From contig JADCEF010000046.1 in NCBI GenBank assembly GCA_020250445.1, positions 3,426 to 67,425 on the forward strand: a DNA stretch of 64,000 nt, written 5' to 3'. Under the pieces are notes generated by a model. It saw only the letters and a program-made list of their open reading frames with translations. It ran no database searches and was not told where the DNA came from. Positions within the stretch are counted from its first letter, which is position 1. Every line of letters begins with the position of its first letter. This stretch comes from Rhodobacter sp. (lineage in GTDB: Bacteria; Pseudomonadota; Alphaproteobacteria; Rhodobacterales; Rhodobacteraceae). A program made the translations under genes and the position numbers. Below, piece after piece: positions 62,279 to 64,000 of this stretch.

Positions 62279-63498
62279 CAGGGCAATCGCGTTTGACCTA
62301 TGCGCTTGCTAACTTATTAAGAAGGCTGAGAAGAAACGCATCGCTCCAACCTGCGCGCTTGAGTTTGATCGAGAGCGACCCCTTGGAGGTGTCGCGTCGG
62401 GCGAGGTCGAGGGCGCGGCGGCGCAGGATGGCGATGTTGGCGGGGCCGTGCTCCTTGCGGTTGCGGGCGGCATCTTCCCGGAACGAGACGTCAAGTTGCC
62501 AGTGCAGGGCGTTCTCGATCCCCCAATGGGCGCGGACGGTGGCCATGAAGACCTCGGGTTCGGGCATCCATGACAGGGCGAAGGTGCGGGTTTCGGTCTG
62601 CATTTTGCCATCGGTCTCCCGGCGTGCCTCGATCCGGCCGAAGGCTTGCAAGCCGGGGAAATCATGGTGTTCCGCCAGTCCCTTGGCCGAAACGACCATG
62701 CCCGTCCTGGTCTCCTTGCGACCATGCCCGACCTCCTGCTGCCGCGCGACCGGATGATCCGGCGACACCTTGCCGAAACAGGAGCGGGCGTCAGACAGCA
62801 GCGAGTCCTGGTTGGCCTTCAACGCCAGGCAATAGTCGCCGCCGCCTTCGGTGATCGCTGCAACCGTGCGGCGATTGCAATGCAGCGCGTCCGCCGTCAC
62901 GACCTTGCCCCTGAGCGCGATCAGGCCGAGCACCTCAAGCGCCGCCTCCAGCTCGCCGCCATTGTCGGCGGCAACGGTCGCCAGCGTCAGGCGCAGGCGG
63001 GCGGCGTAGGCCGAGACCATCATTCGGTTCCGCGCGCTCTGCCCCTTGTCGCGCGCGCCCCGGAGCGCCTTGCCATCGATGGCAATCACGTCACCCTCAC
63101 CGAGCAGGGCGGTGATCTGGGCCAGCACCCGCCCGAAAGCAGCGTCCAGCGCCTTCGGATCGATCATCCGGAACACCGTCGAAAAGGTGTCATGCGAGGG
63201 GATGGAATGCCTGAGCTTCAGGAAGTCCCTGAAAACATGCTCTTTTGCCCGACCGAAGTCTGCCATCTCGGCACAGCTGGTTGCCCCGCAGAGCACCGCG
63301 ACGAAGCCCACGACCAGAAGTTCACAAAGGTCGTGACGCGCGTTGTCAGCACGCGGATCGGGGATGTCATCGAAAGCGGCGAGAAAAATGTCCATGCGGG
63401 GAACGGGCTCCAGAAGGGCGATCGCCGCCCAAGAATCCATCCCCACGCAAACCGCAAGACCCCTCAGATCACCTCAAATCCCAAACGCGATTCCCCTG
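62279..63498 (-). mobile_element. ISAs1-family insertion sequence (apparently intact, 1220 bp)
   Basis: 17-bp terminal inverted repeats CAGGGCAATCGCGTTTG / CAAACGCGATTCCCCTG (16/17 match); no flanking duplication. Confidence 0.92.
62298..63395 (-). CDS. ISAs1 transposase
   Basis: DPRADNARHDL, IPSHDTF, IAIDGKALRGA, VVTADALHC, YCLALKANQ, HWGIENALHWQLDVSFREDAAR; start trimmed to MDIFLAAF. Confidence 0.95.
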   Translation of the reverse strand: MDIFLAAFDDIPDPRADNARHDLCELLVVGFVAVLCGATSCAEMADFGRAKEHVFRDFLKLRHSIPSHDTFSTVFRMIDPKALDAAFGRVLAQITALLGEGDVIAIDGKALRGARDKGQSARNRMMVSAYAARLRLTLATVAADNGGELEAALEVLGLIALRGKVVTADALHCNRRTVAAITEGGGDYCLALKANQDSLLSDARSCFGKVSPDHPVARQQEVGHGRKETRTGMVVSAKGLAEHHDFPGLQAFGRIEARRETDGKMQTETRTFALSWMPEPEVFMATVRAHWGIENALHWQLDVSFREDAARNRKEHGPANIAILRRRALDLARRDTSKGSLSIKLKRAGWSDAFLLSLLNKLASA

Positions 63499-63678
63499 TC
63501 GGCCTCTTTCCTGTATCCGGGCAAATCATAAAGCCTTTCTCGCGGAGGAATTTTTAGCCACTTCTCCAGCATGCTTTCCTTTTTCGGTGTCACTTCATTA
63601 CCTCTGTCCAGTCCGGCCCAAGCCTGCGCACACTTGCCCAGTATTCTTCCGAATAAAGCCCGGAGTCTCCCTTTGCCC

Positions 63679-63999
63679 TCACCCTTCGTCATAGCCGCTC
63701 TCTGTGCCGAGATCCGCAGGCAACACCAGAGAAGCCTTACGATATCTGCTGTCATGCCGCGTCACGCCGGTGGCCGTCGCCCGCGCTGGATCGGTTGGCA
63801 GGGCGATCAGGTTGTAGTCGGTGCTGTCCTTGTTCCACAGCCCTTTCGCGACCAGGTTCTTCAAATCCGGGCTGACCAGCGCCGGGTCGGTCGTAGGTAT
63901 CTCCCCCACCCCCATGGCAATCTTGGGGGCGATGTGCTGGACCTGAAACTTATGCCCGTTGATGATGATGTAGTTGACGGAAAGGGTCGCAAAATCCAT
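63679..63999 (-). pseudogene. Truncated AHH/HNH-like nuclease domain ORF at the window edge
   Basis: FQVQHIAP...GLWNKDSTDYNLIALP...GVTRH resembles the AHH pattern (HH.IP...N.I.LP...H.G.H) but stops before the last His motif. Confidence 0.4.
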
Positions 64000-64000
64000 A

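Overview
High-GC alphaproteobacterial chromosome segment, inferred to be Rhodobacteraceae from the ctrA-sciP-mnmA, ligA-recG, miaA-pyrH and ssb-SLT synteny and the crtA/bchIDO genes. About 80% is core genome: ligA, recG, ctrA, sciP, mnmA, the lpxB-lpxI-lpxA-fabZ-skp-bamA-rseP-dxr-cdsA-uppS-frr-pyrH cluster, miaA, a peptide-type ABC transporter, ssb, a PuuD/PuuE-type purine catabolism locus, a divergent GAPDH and smc. An isolated piece of a photosynthesis gene cluster (tspO-crtB-crtI / crtA-bchI-bchD-bchO, two PpsR boxes) is cut off on the right by a decayed ISAs1 nested in an IS481 stub. There are two accessory patches: 45.1-49.1 kb, and 60.3-64 kb after smc. The best leads are: (i) a 728-bp low-GC cassette of two small cysteine-rich proteins bounded exactly by IS1380 terminal repeats; (ii) a 40-aa hydrophobic ORF downstream of recG with a perfect alphaproteobacterial LexA box, a candidate SOS membrane peptide; (iii) a Ser/Thr kinase-UspA fusion paired with a PPP-like phosphoesterase; (iv) a membrane-anchored Regnase-like NYN nuclease. 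No rRNA, tRNA or CRISPR array was seen. All family calls come from recalled motifs, not database searches.
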